A stretch of DNA of 64,000 nt from Phoronis australis. Taxonomy: Eukaryota > Animalia > Phoronida. The position numbers and the translations under genes are program-made. Where the stretch lies: NCBI GenBank assembly GCA_002633005.1, contig NMRA01000191.1, forward strand, positions 240,466 through 304,465. The letters are read 5' to 3'. Each line of letters opens with the position of its first letter. Position 1 is the first letter of the stretch. Below the pieces are notes generated by a model. The model was not told the origin of the DNA, did not search any database, and was given only the letters and a program-made list of their open reading frames with translations. Positions 26,969 to 39,778 of this stretch are shown piece after piece.

Positions 26969-28145
26969 TATGTTCTTTCATATGCTGCTTGGACCTCTCT
27001 TAGTTTAAAGAATCTGCCTTATTTACACATTTCATAAACGCTACACTTATAACGCACAAAATTAATTGTCATTTTTTATTTCTCAAAGCCTGATTACCTT
27101 GCTTCGAATAATAAAAATTTAACTAAATGTTATTGTATAACAAGCACAGGGCAAATTATGCTGGTATTAGATGAAAAATTAACCTTTATGTTTTGTTGAG
27201 AAATTACAAAATAAAATCTCACAAGTGCGACACATTGAGTGCTATTTGAATAATTGAGATTGTTGGAAATTTCAAAAACGATTACCAAAACATTTTCACT
27301 CAACTTGCTAAAACCATAAACATATCATGTGCCAAGTTCAATAAGATTCTTATGAGAAAACACACACTGTTTCTCTAGTACATGATATAAGGTTTGTTTA
27401 ATAACAAAACAATTCAGGTCAGAGGTCGGGCTGGTTTTACTCCATCTCTACCAAACCCAACATCTCGAGACTGCCGGTGTTCTTTTTCATATCAGTAGTC
27501 TCTAGTTACTGCTAGTGTCCCAATAATCTGGAGCCTGAGTCAGGAAAAATGACTCGTTAATACTTAAGATCGTTAATACTTAAGAGTGAAATTTGTTCTT
27601 GCACTCCCACTTCAAAGTTACTGAATAAAGTTTTTGACAAGTAATCGCGAGCACATTACAGTCTAGAAATAATGTATAGAAATTATCTAGACAACTACCA
27701 GTAGTGTACATTTCAGAGACTTTACGGTACTGTTCAAGTGAGATTTAATTATTTTTCAAAAATGGTTGCGTGAAGTGCAGACCAAGTTTCTGGCTTAAGT
27801 CATTTTTCACGAATCGCATCCATGAGTGTTTCCCAATAAAGCACAGGAAATTCCTTTTTAACTACCAAGTTGATGGGTGCAGCATTCGGGCCTGTGGTAT
27901 AAATTATACAATATCAGTGTATAGAGCATGGACCAAGTTTTATCAAAGGTTGCTAGTCCTGTTGGTCATACAGGCGATACTCATACCTTCTACATTTACT
28001 AGCAAACCACTCATCAAAATGGTTTAGGAAGATGAACTGCCATCATGCTTAGATCAATAGCAATGTTTCCTTTCTACAAAAAATGCAGTGTAGCCTTCGT
28101 AAAAATGTGCCATCTTGGCTATGACCTTTGACAAAACGTGTCTCT

Positions 28146-28710
28146 CGGGCACATTTCATGAAAAGTGAGACTTAAGACCAAAAATTTGTCTAAGTTAAGA
28201 CCAAAGACGAAATGATCGTTTCATGAGCACAAAGTATGTTTTTGATCTTCAGTCTTACCTTGGACAGAAACTAGTCAGGTTTTGACATACACCTTCGCCA
28301 CCAGTGAATACACAATGCGAGGCGGTGTGTGAAATAAGATTTCAAGAATTATCTTGGTCTAAAAACTCTAAATGAGATTTATTAACGATAATATTGAGAC
28401 CTCGTTTAAATGAGAAGGCCCTGGTAGGGCTGGAATTTCACGTGTGCAGGTAAGTCACACTTCGTCTCTATGAGTTTATGGGCTTAGCCAACGTAAAGGC
28501 AGACTATCTTCAATTTGAGATGGTTGAGGGATATCAGATTATGGAAAACATAAACGAAATTTGTTGAGCAGTTTGGTGATGATAGTCGTAAATTTTGGTC
28601 ATTTAGACCAAAAGTCCACCCTTAAGCCTACTCCGTAGCAGGCTAAATTTTTAGGCACTAGCTTGGACAGATTTCGGTCTTAATTTTGGTCGAAATTTCA
28701 TGATAGCTCG
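28146..28710. mobile_element. Degenerate MITE-like inverted-repeat element
   Basis: ttaagaccaaaaatttgtctaagtt near the left end is complementary to agcttggacagatttcggtcttaa near the right end; both ends have ttcatga motifs; termini eroded. Confidence 0.45.
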
Positions 28711-29565
28711 ATGGTCCACGTTACACAAAAAGTTTCAAGAAATGGAACCATGATCATTTGAATGGACTGAGGAAGGACTGCAAAAGCCTGGCTATCCAAA
28801 GCTGGACACACTAAACACCTGTGATCTGTCCGTTTATCCAAATTCTTCACATGTGGCAAATGTGATTATATTATGACATTTTAAGAAATTCCACATCACC
28901 ATCAGTGTGGTTTATGTTAAAAACAACACTTGGCAATATTTTGACTATTCGCAACATGGGAGTCCCCAAATGACAAGTCTGGGAACTATTTTGTAGCAGA
29001 ATAACAAGAATTACTCTGTTGTAGTAAAAAAGTGAAGATTTTGTGCGACGATACCGTCTCTCTGTCCACAACAAAATACAATTTAGGTCACAATATGGGC
29101 GAGAATTAAAATTTTATTTTCACTTTTCATAAACAATAAGAAGCATCTGATTATCACTTTACGATTCTCGAATTCACTCAGTAACAACGAAATTACAAGC
29201 ATTCACAGCTATGTTGGGGACCATTCAAAATTATCACCATTTACAGGAGCGTACAAACCATTTTAGAGGGGGAACTGGTGCCTACTTTTGGTGTCATAAA
29301 AATACCGATGCCAAATGACAGAAATCAGCATTTCTAATTAATTTTTTTTTCATATCATCAGTACATGACGAAACATCCAATAGCAGAAATGTCACCAAGA
29401 TTCCACCAAGCAAAAACACAAAGAAATGTTTGAGAATATTGTTTCATTTTATACCACGCTACTGCACAAACCAACACTGACGTTTAATTGTGATGCATAC
29501 TTGCAGTTTAAGCGATACCAAAACCACAGACTTTATAAAAATATCACCATTTTTGTACGTTTTGG

Positions 29566-29660
29566 AAGGAGGGAGCGGAGGGAGGGAGGGAGNNNNNNNN
29601 NNNNNNNNNNNAGGGAGGGAGGGGAGGGAGGGAGGGAGGGGAGGGAGGGTGGGATGGGAG
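29566..29660. repeat. (GGGA)n microsatellite containing an assembly gap
   Basis: ggagggagggag runs around Ns at 29593-29611. Confidence 0.9.
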
Positions 29661-30888
29661 AGAAATTGGGAAAACATAGGGTTCGGTTCGTGCACTAGTG
29701 AAAATGGTGCTAATTGTAAACAGTTCCAGCTGCAATTATGTTTGAGCAAAACTAGTGTGATTTTACACCACTGCAGTTGTGTAAAATGCAGACACTTGGC
29801 AAGTCCAGAGACAGCATACCTGGAGCTATTTTTGTACGTTCCTCATCATTTCACCTGTTTACAAGTTTATGTCTAAAACTTCAGAACACATTAAAATTTT
29901 CCAACACAGTCTAGAAGGCATGTTAAGTTGCAGCACAAAACTAACACTAATAACATGGCAACTAATTAACATAGACGTCAAAACAACACAAACTGATGCT
30001 GACCATGAGAGATTAGCCAGCGAATAGCAAACAGAGTTTATTGTGCTGCCGAAAAATCAAACACCGTTATTTGAGATAAACGGGTGATAATGTTCGGTAT
30101 ATTAGCAGTTAGCCAGTGTTACACAGAGTTGAAGGGAAATTATTGGCACCGTTAACATGGGGAGCAGAAAAGCATGGAAATTATAATGTACACTTATGCT
30201 AGAGGTAGGTTACCATTTAACAAAACTTTATCTGTTTGAAACATTGACAAAATGTACGTAACTGGCATCAACAAAACATGGTCAAAGCTTGAGAATGGCT
30301 TGCAATAATTTGCATTAGTGTGTGTTCATTCAAGAATCTTCAGATGGCATAGTCTCAAACCCACATGCCAAAAGTACAAAGTGAGTCAATGCCATGAGTT
30401 TTCAGTGACTGCAGCTTCCCTTCGCTATATATAGATGTGTGAAGACATTTTCACGGGTTGCGAAACAGGGGAGATGCAAGAGGATTGGAACCCACGGTGG
30501 AGAGTGATGGTGACTTAGGAGAACAAACATCTGCCGAGGTCCGAGAAATTCGAGAAAATGCATCTGTAAATTGTGAAATCGATGATTTCACAAATGTGAA
30601 TCCTAACACGATACCCCTTTAGAAATGTCTATACTTTACCAATGCTCAGCTGAATGTAAATATAGTCAACGACAAGTGTCATGTCTTTAACAATTATAAT
30701 GGAAAACATCTACATGTGAACATTTTGGTGCAAAGTTGAAACGGACTGCTTCCACCAGTTTCTTTTTCTTATTGTTGAGTAAAAATGCTTTAGAAACACG
30801 ATACAATAATTGGTCACCTGACGAAAAACACAGGAAAAAGAAAGTAAAAACTGCTTTTGCGGAAAAGAATTACATATCAAAACACAAC

Positions 30889-30958
30889 TATAAATACCTG
30901 CATGAGTAGTGATCATATAATAAGCCATTGCACTTTGTATTCCAGTACCATGGTAAGT
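30889..30958 (+). promoter_or_regulatory. Candidate TATA box and short first exon/donor for the microprotein gene
   Basis: TATAAATA at 30889-30896; consensus donor ATG|gtaagt at 30952/30953, about 500 nt upstream of the ORF. Confidence 0.4.
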
Positions 30959-31456
30959 GGCGACATCTATCGACCACTTTGATCACTGAAGTTCAGGAGT
31001 TCAGAGAAACCAACAAGTTACTCCAAGAAACTTGGAAGCAAAAATGAGACAAAGCAGCCCATCTTTGCAGTGGATTCACTGTCAGGAGTTCTACAACTGT
31101 TACTTTGAAAGGATTGATTCAAGTACCTAAACAAGTTACAACTCGCTCAACTTAAACAAACCAGTTACAAGGAAACTGTACGAGAGCCTTGTCTTTATAT
31201 TATTTATACATTCGAGAAACAACTACACCACGTGGAACCAATCAACGTGAACAGGGTTACGTAGCCTGAATGCCCATTTTGTACAAAACTTTTGACATCT
31301 CCTTATTGAACACTGGACACCAGTTACCACACTTATCAAGTGTAGGAAAAGTCAACAGAACTAAATCATCAGTTTCTCATCAACGCCACCCTCATGCTGT
31401 GTCTCAGTCTCAGCTAATACTTACGACGAGGCTTTCAACAACCTGTCACGACCAAC

Positions 31457-31663
31457 ATGACAGAGCTCGGAGATGATGTCATTGTCAGTATTGTGATTGG
31501 TTCGGTACTAGCACTGGTGGTGCTGGCAAACCTGATCCTATACTGCTTCTTTCACTGCGTATCAAAGAGGATAGCAAGAAAACCAAAGGTGAAGACGTTT
31601 CACGTCATGCCTCGGGTCCGCGTGACAAACACTGAGGGTAAAACTGCCGAAACGGTGATGTGA
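31457..31663 (+). CDS. Nested antisense gene: 68-aa single-pass membrane microprotein (type III-like topology)
   Basis: ccaacATG Kozak; acidic N-terminus MTELGDD, ~23-aa hydrophobic helix VIVSIVIGSVLALVVLANLILYCFF, Cys pair and basic cluster SKRIARKPKVK; locally higher GC; AATAAA at 32084. Confidence 0.65.
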   Translation: MTELGDDVIVSIVIGSVLALVVLANLILYCFFHCVSKRIARKPKVKTFHVMPRVRVTNTEGKTAETVM

Positions 31664-32083
31664 CAGTGGCGGCCGTGTTACAACCTGACATCCATGGATA
31701 TTAAAAGTGTCTTTGATGTTACGGTTAAAACGTTTGCCCATCACTCTGTTTCAGTTTTTGTTTTTTCAAGACAGACAATTTGGCTAGTCACAAAAGGAAC
31801 TGTGCAGTGTCCAGTCACAGTGTCCAGTCACAGTGTCCAGTCACGGGTCACAAACACAAGGCAGGTTTGTGATTCAGACTCAAGACAACGTAAAACCGTA
31901 GTATGAAGTAGCCAGCACCTGTCGGACTCCATAAAAACTAGCAATATGACATGTGAACGAACCAGCGGCGTAACAAAAGCAACACAACCTTTTGTTTTTG
32001 TGTCTGCAGAGCTACAGAGCTGAATCCTCAGATTTTGTCTTCCACAAAAGTGACTACATGAAAACCAGATTTCACCTAAGGTC

Positions 32084-32089
32084 AATAAA
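32084..32089 (+). terminator. Candidate polyadenylation signal of the microprotein gene
   Basis: AATAAA about 420 nt after the stop codon, followed by T-rich sequence. Confidence 0.4.
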
Positions 32090-32993
32090 ATGCATTTCCA
32101 AGTTTTAATTTACTAACCTCACAATGAACACACTCTAATGTTACGTAAACTCGCCATACCTTAATGATGTGGTATATTGACAGCAAAATCTCACCAATTT
32201 AGGACAAGATATGGCAGACAAGAGAAAATTTTCCTTGTTTTCTTCATAACACCAAATGAAACTGTGTCTAATTCCTCTACCACAGTTAGCAAAACTGTGA
32301 CCATTTACATCAAGACATTGAAAAATGAAAAAGGGTTAATTTTGGTGGTTATTTTTAGTATCCAAAATTGTTGAGATATAATAATTTACTACAAAAATAT
32401 CACGTTCAAGACAAATGATACTTATGAATTTTTGTTGTGCCCATGCAAAAGAATAATCAAAAACAAAAAATCATAATCAGACACATCCACACATATAGAC
32501 AACCCCTCAAGAACTCATACTAAAGTCATTCCCACTGCGTAAGCAATGAGGCCATTTTTTCACCATACATACAGAAATATTTAACCCTTTCTCTGGAAAT
32601 GTGAACAATACAAGTTTGACAGTGGCAACTCATTTCTTTTTAAAACATTCCTGCGTGGATATCCCTCAGTGACTCCAGGTAGAGTCCTGGGGTGCATCCT
32701 GTAGGCACAAGAAACTTGTGAAAAAGCAAGATCACCCAAGATCATGCAAAATTACGGATGAAAAGGCGAGCATTTTGCCAGTATGATCGTAACCTGGGAA
32801 AGATGGCGGCCACTGAAGTGATTGGTCGGCACGGTTGGAATGTTGAACTATGGGAAAAATTCAATGTACCGGTTGGTTCCACTCGCAAAAATTTCTAGCC
32901 ACGAGTCCTTTGCGAGTTTATTGTGTCAACACAATGTTGGTCAGTTGTGAAATTAGTCAATGCAAGCTGCAAACATTCACAACAAGTGCTTAC

Positions 32994-33128
32994 CCCTGAC
33001 TGAGTGTCTGTGAGCGTCTGTGTTAGTTTGATGTTGAACACGGCGTGTGAACGGCTACTCTCACTGTTCATGTTGGTGGCCGCCACGGTACGAGACTTGT
33101 TGCCCTCCGACATCAGAGTTTCAATGTC
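32994..33128 (-). CDS. KIF13: KIF13 exon (switch I, NxxSSRSH)
   Basis: [45 protein letters not shown]; 135 nt, ag/gtaag. Confidence 0.96.
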
Positions 33129-34472
33129 CTGAAAAGACATTGGATTATTGGATAAAGCGGTTTTCAGAAACACAAACACAGCATATTCGGCAAATCTGTT
33201 CAATGTCAACATGGTATATTTGCCTTTACATTCTATCACTGAAGTTACACTGCCTGCATTGCCAGTCACCTAAGACAGAAATTCATGGCGTAGGATCAAC
33301 CCTTTTTGGAATGAAACATAATAGAACATGATTTCAGCTAACATTGCGGTTACCCTTTCCTTGATTTTCCACATGAACTTACTTCTTTCCACGAGTTATT
33401 TTTCCCACAAAAAGTTGACTGGTAGTTGGAATTACTGACAGAAAACTCTGACCATAACATACATTCCAAAATATATACTCTTTAGCTTCCTAGTGCCACA
33501 AATACAAGCTCAGAAACAAAGAACTTGTACAAAGAACAAAAATGTGCCAGCATCGACATGAAACTAGGACAATCATATGTAGTCAAGGGCAAGCTCGTTC
33601 AATACAACATTCGTCAGTTTCCGTACGACGTTATAATGGTGTATATCTATAAATACAAGCTTGTGCAATGGATTTAATGTGCAAACCATATTCTGAGATA
33701 AATTGAAGTTAAGGTGACCCCGTGAAAGTTTCAGGCTCTGTGGAAAGTCAGTGACATCTTGGCAAATTGTCTCTATGACATCTCCAGTACACTTCATTCA
33801 AAATGTGTCTTAAATCTTTGAATTCGTGCACTTCTAAAAACATCAACTCTCCAATATTTCTGTTGTTCTGGAACCGAAACCACACTTGTTCTCAAGATTA
33901 GATATGCATCACCTTGGAACTTTAGGGTCACTCAACCGATGTTGAGTTTAAGTAAAACCGGATGTTCATAAGCTGTCAAACATGAACAAAGACAGATGGA
34001 ACCAGTCGTTTTTTGATACATACTGTGCTACATTACATAAAAATTGGAAAAAAATATTTACTGAACAAGCTTGATGAATAATGTCAAAAGGTGAAAGCAG
34101 TCACTTTTTATGTTAATGTCAGGTTATCAGAAAAGACATTTTCCATGTAACCATTCCCTGCATGTCTTTACTATCCACGGAAAAAACAATAGAACGTTAC
34201 AAAAGTGACATAGCAAAATGCTCACAGCTTGCTTCCACATTCACCTCCAATCAGCAAAACCAGAATGACTGACACAGGCCGTGTCCAGTTGTGAGCCAGA
34301 CATCATCTTTCATCAATACAAGTGGATACAGAATCAAGACGCGTATCTTTTGCTGGGTTGTTAATATCAGTTTCTATTGTTGCATGGTAATTAGTGCTAC
34401 TTATCAGTTATGAAAAATCAAGCATCCTAAATTGGCCAGATTTTACCATATGACACGATTGAGCATGTTTAC

Positions 34473-34560
34473 CTGAAAGCTCTCTACAACCAAATTGGAT
34501 AGCCCATCGACGTAAGGACCTAAAATATTGTGTTCTCGAACCTTGAGGTTTTGCTTGCTC
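34473..34560 (-). CDS. KIF13: KIF13 exon (motor)
   Basis: SKQNLKVREHNILGPYVDGLSNLVVESFQ; 88 nt, ag/gtaa, in phase. Confidence 0.95.
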
Positions 34561-35059
34561 CTGAAACAAAAATAACATTTTATTCTCTCATCAACAAATG
34601 AGTAACCACATCAAAAAAGAGCAAACATGTAAAAGATTCACACTTACGTCCAAACAAGTGCCATTTCATTACGGATATATATTTCCAAGTAAGGTACAGC
34701 AATGGGTCAAGTACAACCTACGATCCCCTGTTGTCATACACTACTTATGTCATATAATCTACAACCTTGGTTGTCACATAACCTATGGGCCAGGGTCTGG
34801 CATACAACTTAAAGACACCCTGTTGTCACTTGTCAGTATATGAAGACAACTCCACCTCACAGTACATGATGAAGGAGCACATTAACAACTTTCTTAATGT
34901 TAGGTGTCTTCTACCATACCATCGGGGTTTACAGTATGTATTTAGTCATCACTGTTTTACAAACATCTCCTACCCAGGAATTCGACCATGCAAAACTCAC
35001 AGGACAGTAGATATCGTTACAACAGCCATTACTCAGCCGCAACAGATAACATCACATAC

Positions 35060-35240
35060 CCTTTCGGATCGAGCAAGTCGTGCACTTTCTCATTGTATAT
35101 CTCCATGTAGGACACCTCCACCTTACACGACAGGTCAGGTCCCTCCGACTTGGAGATGTGTTCGAACATGGAGTCGCACAACCTCGGTATCAGACCCCGG
35201 TCACTTAGGCTACCCATCATAGTGTATGACTTGCCAGAGC
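35060..35240 (-). CDS. KIF13: KIF13 exon (P-loop GSGKS and following)
   Basis: GSGKSYTMMGSLSDRGLIPRLC...KVEVSYMEIYNEKVHDLLDPKG; 181 nt, ag/gtatg. Confidence 0.96.
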
Positions 35241-35382
35241 CTGACAGACAGTGAAAGAGAGAATATTAGAGACCAATAAACTTAATTCAAGACCCTACTC
35301 GCAAACTAACCAACCGTGGGGTATGCAAGTTTCAGTTTGGCCAATTTTCGAGCCAGGTATCAAGTAAAGGTCTGATTGTCTA

Positions 35383-35811
35383 AGCCCGGTTGCATGAAAC
35401 AGTCCCTAATAAGGATTCAACTAAGGTCCCTAAATCTTTTGCATGTTTGTAAGGTTCTTTACTCACAGATGTGATATTTCCAATCATTTTATCTTTATTA
35501 TGGCTCCTCTTTCACTAATGACATTCTTAATAATATTACTAAAATCTGAACCGTTAGTTTATTGAAAATAAATAGGGACTTAGTCCTTAAATTAGGAGCG
35601 TTACATGAAGAGATCCCTACTTCTTTTCAATGATATAGAGAATTCAACGTAAAAACCACTCTCGCTTTGTATCAAAGCCAAAAATTGACTTAGTAATGAA
35701 ACTAAAACAGTATAAGAAAGGACATTCAGAGTTTTGACAAGTACACAAGTATGCATTAGATTTAGGGACCTTAGTTGGTCTCTACTTGGGACTGTTTCAT
35801 GTAACCGGGCA
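35383..35811. mobile_element. PIF/Harbinger-type MITE, ~55-bp TIRs, probable CTA TSD
   Basis: gcccggttgcatgaaacagtccc...caactaaggtccctaaatct vs agatttagggaccttagttg...gggactgtttcatgtaaccgggc; cta on both flanks. Confidence 0.8.
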
Positions 35812-36557
35812 CTAGTGTCACAGTCTGGCACAGTACCTTTATGGTGATATGACCTGAACATTACATTTCCATTACATTTGGATGTAGACTGTAAGTTGTT
35901 TATAGTGATAACGGTCGGAGACCTTTTCACACTGAATAAAGTTTTTTACAATGTATCATTTGCAAACAAGATCACACTGGATTTCGCATAAGAGCAGGTG
36001 TACCACATTGTTTACGGATGGCATTTCTGTGTGCTTACATGTGCACGTGTGTAAGTATGTCGCTTTATGGCCGTATGTTTAGAAGTCCAGCAAACAATTT
36101 GAAGAACCCAGGGATCGACTCAATTCTTTTTATAGATGTATCAACAGGCCACTTCGACATTACAGAAAATTCATATTGCGCTAAGGTTAACTGCAAACCA
36201 ACACCGTTCATAGCTATGGCCACATACTTCAACAATTGTGGTACAAAGTCACACTTTTTCTTCGATATGCGGTAGGGCAGGTTTCGTACACAAACATTCA
36301 ATAGTTAGGAATGCAGTAATGTGACTATGATGAAGGTAGAACTTGGCAAAAACAAAAAAGCAATCTTTTGGTACACATTTAAACATAAACATGAAAAATA
36401 GCTACATAAGCTCTCGATTATGTTGTTTTATTACTAACTCTGGTACAAGTTTACAACTTCCAAGAACTCTATCCAATTAAACAATACTCCGAAAATTACT
36501 CCTTTAAAGGCTGTACCAAGTCTGCTTGTATAAGTCACCTAACACAACACAAATTAC

Positions 36558-36650
36558 CTGTTTGTCCATACGCAAATATACACGCATTGTAACCTTCAAT
36601 AGCTTTCTGTAAAACATCGTTGCCCAATTTGACAAAAACTTTTTCTTGCC
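36558..36650 (-). CDS. KIF13: KIF13 exon (motor, up to the P-loop)
   Basis: [31 protein letters not shown](G); 93 nt, ag/gtaa boundaries, in phase with both neighbours. Confidence 0.95.
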
Positions 36651-36960
36651 CTGAAAATAAAAGAAGTTTAGGATACGTTAACTAAAAAGTTATGAAAACA
36701 TGCCATTTCAATAGCATCCACATCTTTCAATATGTCACAAAATTGATGTAAACTAAAGTCAGACTAGCAACTCTCTGTAAAAGTATCGACAAAAGCAAAT
36801 TAATAATTCGGAACGAATCACAGAAATTGAACGAATTTTGTTGACCTCTAACTTGTAAAGCGACACTCTTTTCCAGGCAGCTAAAGCATTTTTCCCCAAT
36901 TCACTAATAGGTGGCACTGCAATACAGACAGGCAAAATGCACAAGCCCATGAAATCTTAC

Positions 36961-37034
36961 CATCAAACTTATCTTTAACATTTTCGTCCATGGACCAGAA
37001 GCAATGATCAAAGGCAAATGTCTTGGGATCTTTT
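36961..37034 (-). CDS. KIF13: KIF13-type kinesin-3, most 5' exon found in window (motor N-terminal part)
   Basis: Translates (R)KDPKTFAFDHCFWSMDENVKDKFD(G), matching the KIF13 'PKxFAYDHCFWSMDE' motif; cag acceptor at 37035-37037 and gtaag donor; phase 2 in, phase 1 out. Confidence 0.92.
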
Positions 37035-39601
37035 CTGTGAGGACTGCAAAAGAAAGAGATTGCATATTGTTCAGAAACCACCAATTAACACCTGAGGGTA
37101 TTCCTAGGACACACAAACACAGGTTAGCATGCCAGAATGCAAAAGATGGAATAAATCTGTTTCTGAAAAAAATCCCTTTAGATGGCCTCAAAGGTAAAGG
37201 CATATTTAGTTCGGGTCTCTCCCCGATTCTTTTTAAGACTAGCACTCGCCATCTTTATAAACCAAGAACAAAAAACATCTACACACATCAATTTCAGCCA
37301 AGGTCTCATACAAGCAAGGTCTGAAAAGTCGCAATTTTCCATGCCACGTCAATTTTGTTTGTTTCAAGAGGATTTGAGCAACTGAAAAAATACCGTACCA
37401 TCAATTCGATTTTCGAAAAACTCAAAGACGAGAACCACCCGTTTTTTTTACCTAACATGGCAATAAGTAGATTGGTTTCATCAAAGTGGAAGGACTCTGG
37501 AAATTGCTTCTCCGCTGTATTAAAGCAAGGACAAGCCAAGACTGATATGATAGATCAGTCAAGTTCACCGAATACATGTGAACTACAGCACATGACAAGG
37601 TTTGGAACCTTGGGCTAATTCCAGCATAAAGCAAACTTGAATGAAACAACACACATAAAACTGTATCATTAACCTAAAAATGTAATTCAGAGTTCTAATA
37701 AAGTCACTTATGTGACTGGCTTGAAAAGTTGTCATGATGAAGATTGATGAACAATCAGACGCAAAACATCCACTAACCGCAACAGTTTTTAAGTTGTTTT
37801 AAAACCTCCCCGCGAATAGGCGGGGGTAATAACATACCATACCCGCATGTCATGCTGAGTTCAATGCCCACTCCTGAAATTTCCCAATTTTCCCTTTACA
37901 ATCCAAATGCACGGCTTAGCACCACCTCAAGGTGATCAAAACTACCTTGAAAGAGTCAATGTCTTTGAGAACGCCCGTCTCACAAGATTTTAATTCACAA
38001 AAGGTAAACAGCACACTACCCTTGGGTAACAAACAGTAAGTTTCAGCACCATTTTACCAGATTTAGGCAGGTAAATTTGACTCATCAACAAAAATAATGA
38101 TTAAGAAAATTCTATTTCCTTTTTACCTTGGTTTGTACTGCGTAGATTTCATGAAGCAACATTTAATAGTAAATTTTCTGTTTTTTGAAAATGGAAAACA
38201 AAAATTTTGTCAATTGTGTTTGTGCGAAAAAAGTGAAAACTTACCACAAAGCCATTTGCATGTGAAGATCAACCCTTCTACTAAACACCCACCCTCAACA
38301 AATATTTGTTCTAAAGCACTTTTCCAATTTAAGCAGCCTGGGCATTACAACCCAAGGACAACCAAAAATAGATCATCATTTGGGAGTAATTTTAAGATAT
38401 ATTTGCATTTGTTGGACTGGGTTGCATAAAACTAATTGTCTGCTGGATAAGTTTGATTGTTGCATAACGTCAGGAGCATTGCTCAACAATAACAATGTAG
38501 CATGCATTAATTCGACATTATTGTTGCTATGCAGTGTACAACTTTTATGCAACTGGGTCCTGATGTATTGAAGGAATGAAACGACAATGCTATTTTAACA
38601 TAATCTATGCTAAACAAAGTGCAGTTGTATTCACCGACAACTTGTAAATGCGAAAAAAAATTATCTGCAAATAGACGAGTTTGCACCAATTAAGTACCTC
38701 GCTGATTGTTAGCTTATTCACATCATTGCTATATATTGTTTCTAACTAAATTGGCCAAGCAATCACAGAGATGAGGAAGTAGCCTGCAAGTTCGACTTAA
38801 TGAGCAAGGCGAAAAACACATATACAGTAAGAGAAGAAATGGAGTTTCCAGTCATAACATTACAAATTGATATCCTTGATACAGGCTGCGTCAAGATCAC
38901 TGAGTGTACAAAGTAGCCAACAGTAGTTCACTCATAGAAAGCCAACTACTGGAAATACAACTATTAGGGTATAATTTCCTAGACTTAAAACACAATATAT
39001 TGCGGAACAGTGAAATTTCATTATATGAAAAGTGTCAATGAAAATGGACAGGAAGAAAAGGTTACTTCATTATATGCACAGTTTATATTGTACACCTGAC
39101 ATCATCCAATACATGACAAAATTTTAAGCATTGTAAACAACTCAGTGAGTTATTAAAAATGGAAAAAGACTATTCTGGTAATTATTTCTGTTCAAATTTC
39201 TAGAAGCTTTACTGTGTATAACACAAAATACAATCCATTTCATTACCTAAGGACTTATCAAACAAGAGATGTGTAAGCTCTGATGTCCAATTAGTGACAT
39301 GAAATCTGGTTTAAATGCTGCGCAATTAAATTACTGGCAAAATTTGGATACTAAGGCAGTATCGAAAATCATTATTCTATCTTGCTCCATTACCAAATTC
39401 AAAACTAATTGCTTTTAGTGAACACTACAAATACGTTAACAGCTTTGAAACAATTTCAAAAACAAATCTCTGCACTAGATGCTAGAAACACTAATTTATT
39501 CTGATATTACCCTGCTTTGAAAACAAAAACATCACAACAAAGTTTTGAGAAGAAAAACAATCCAACTGTAACAGTAAGCGCAAGCCTCACAATAAACTAG
39601 C

Positions 39602-39778
39602 AATTGACCTATCGCCAGGATTTTGAGTGACGGCTTAACTGACCAATCGGAATGCAGCATTCTTGACACCTTCGTTTTCAAGCTGCCATTTTACCCGACA
39701 AACAACACGTTGCCGGGCAAAACTTAATGTTTGTTTGTCGATACTTCACAAGGGGGCGAAGCTTGCGATAGGTCAATT
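39602..39778. mobile_element. Small MITE with ~14-18-bp TIR
   Basis: aattgacctatcgc ... gcgataggtcaatt, interior more GC-rich than flanks. Confidence 0.6.
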
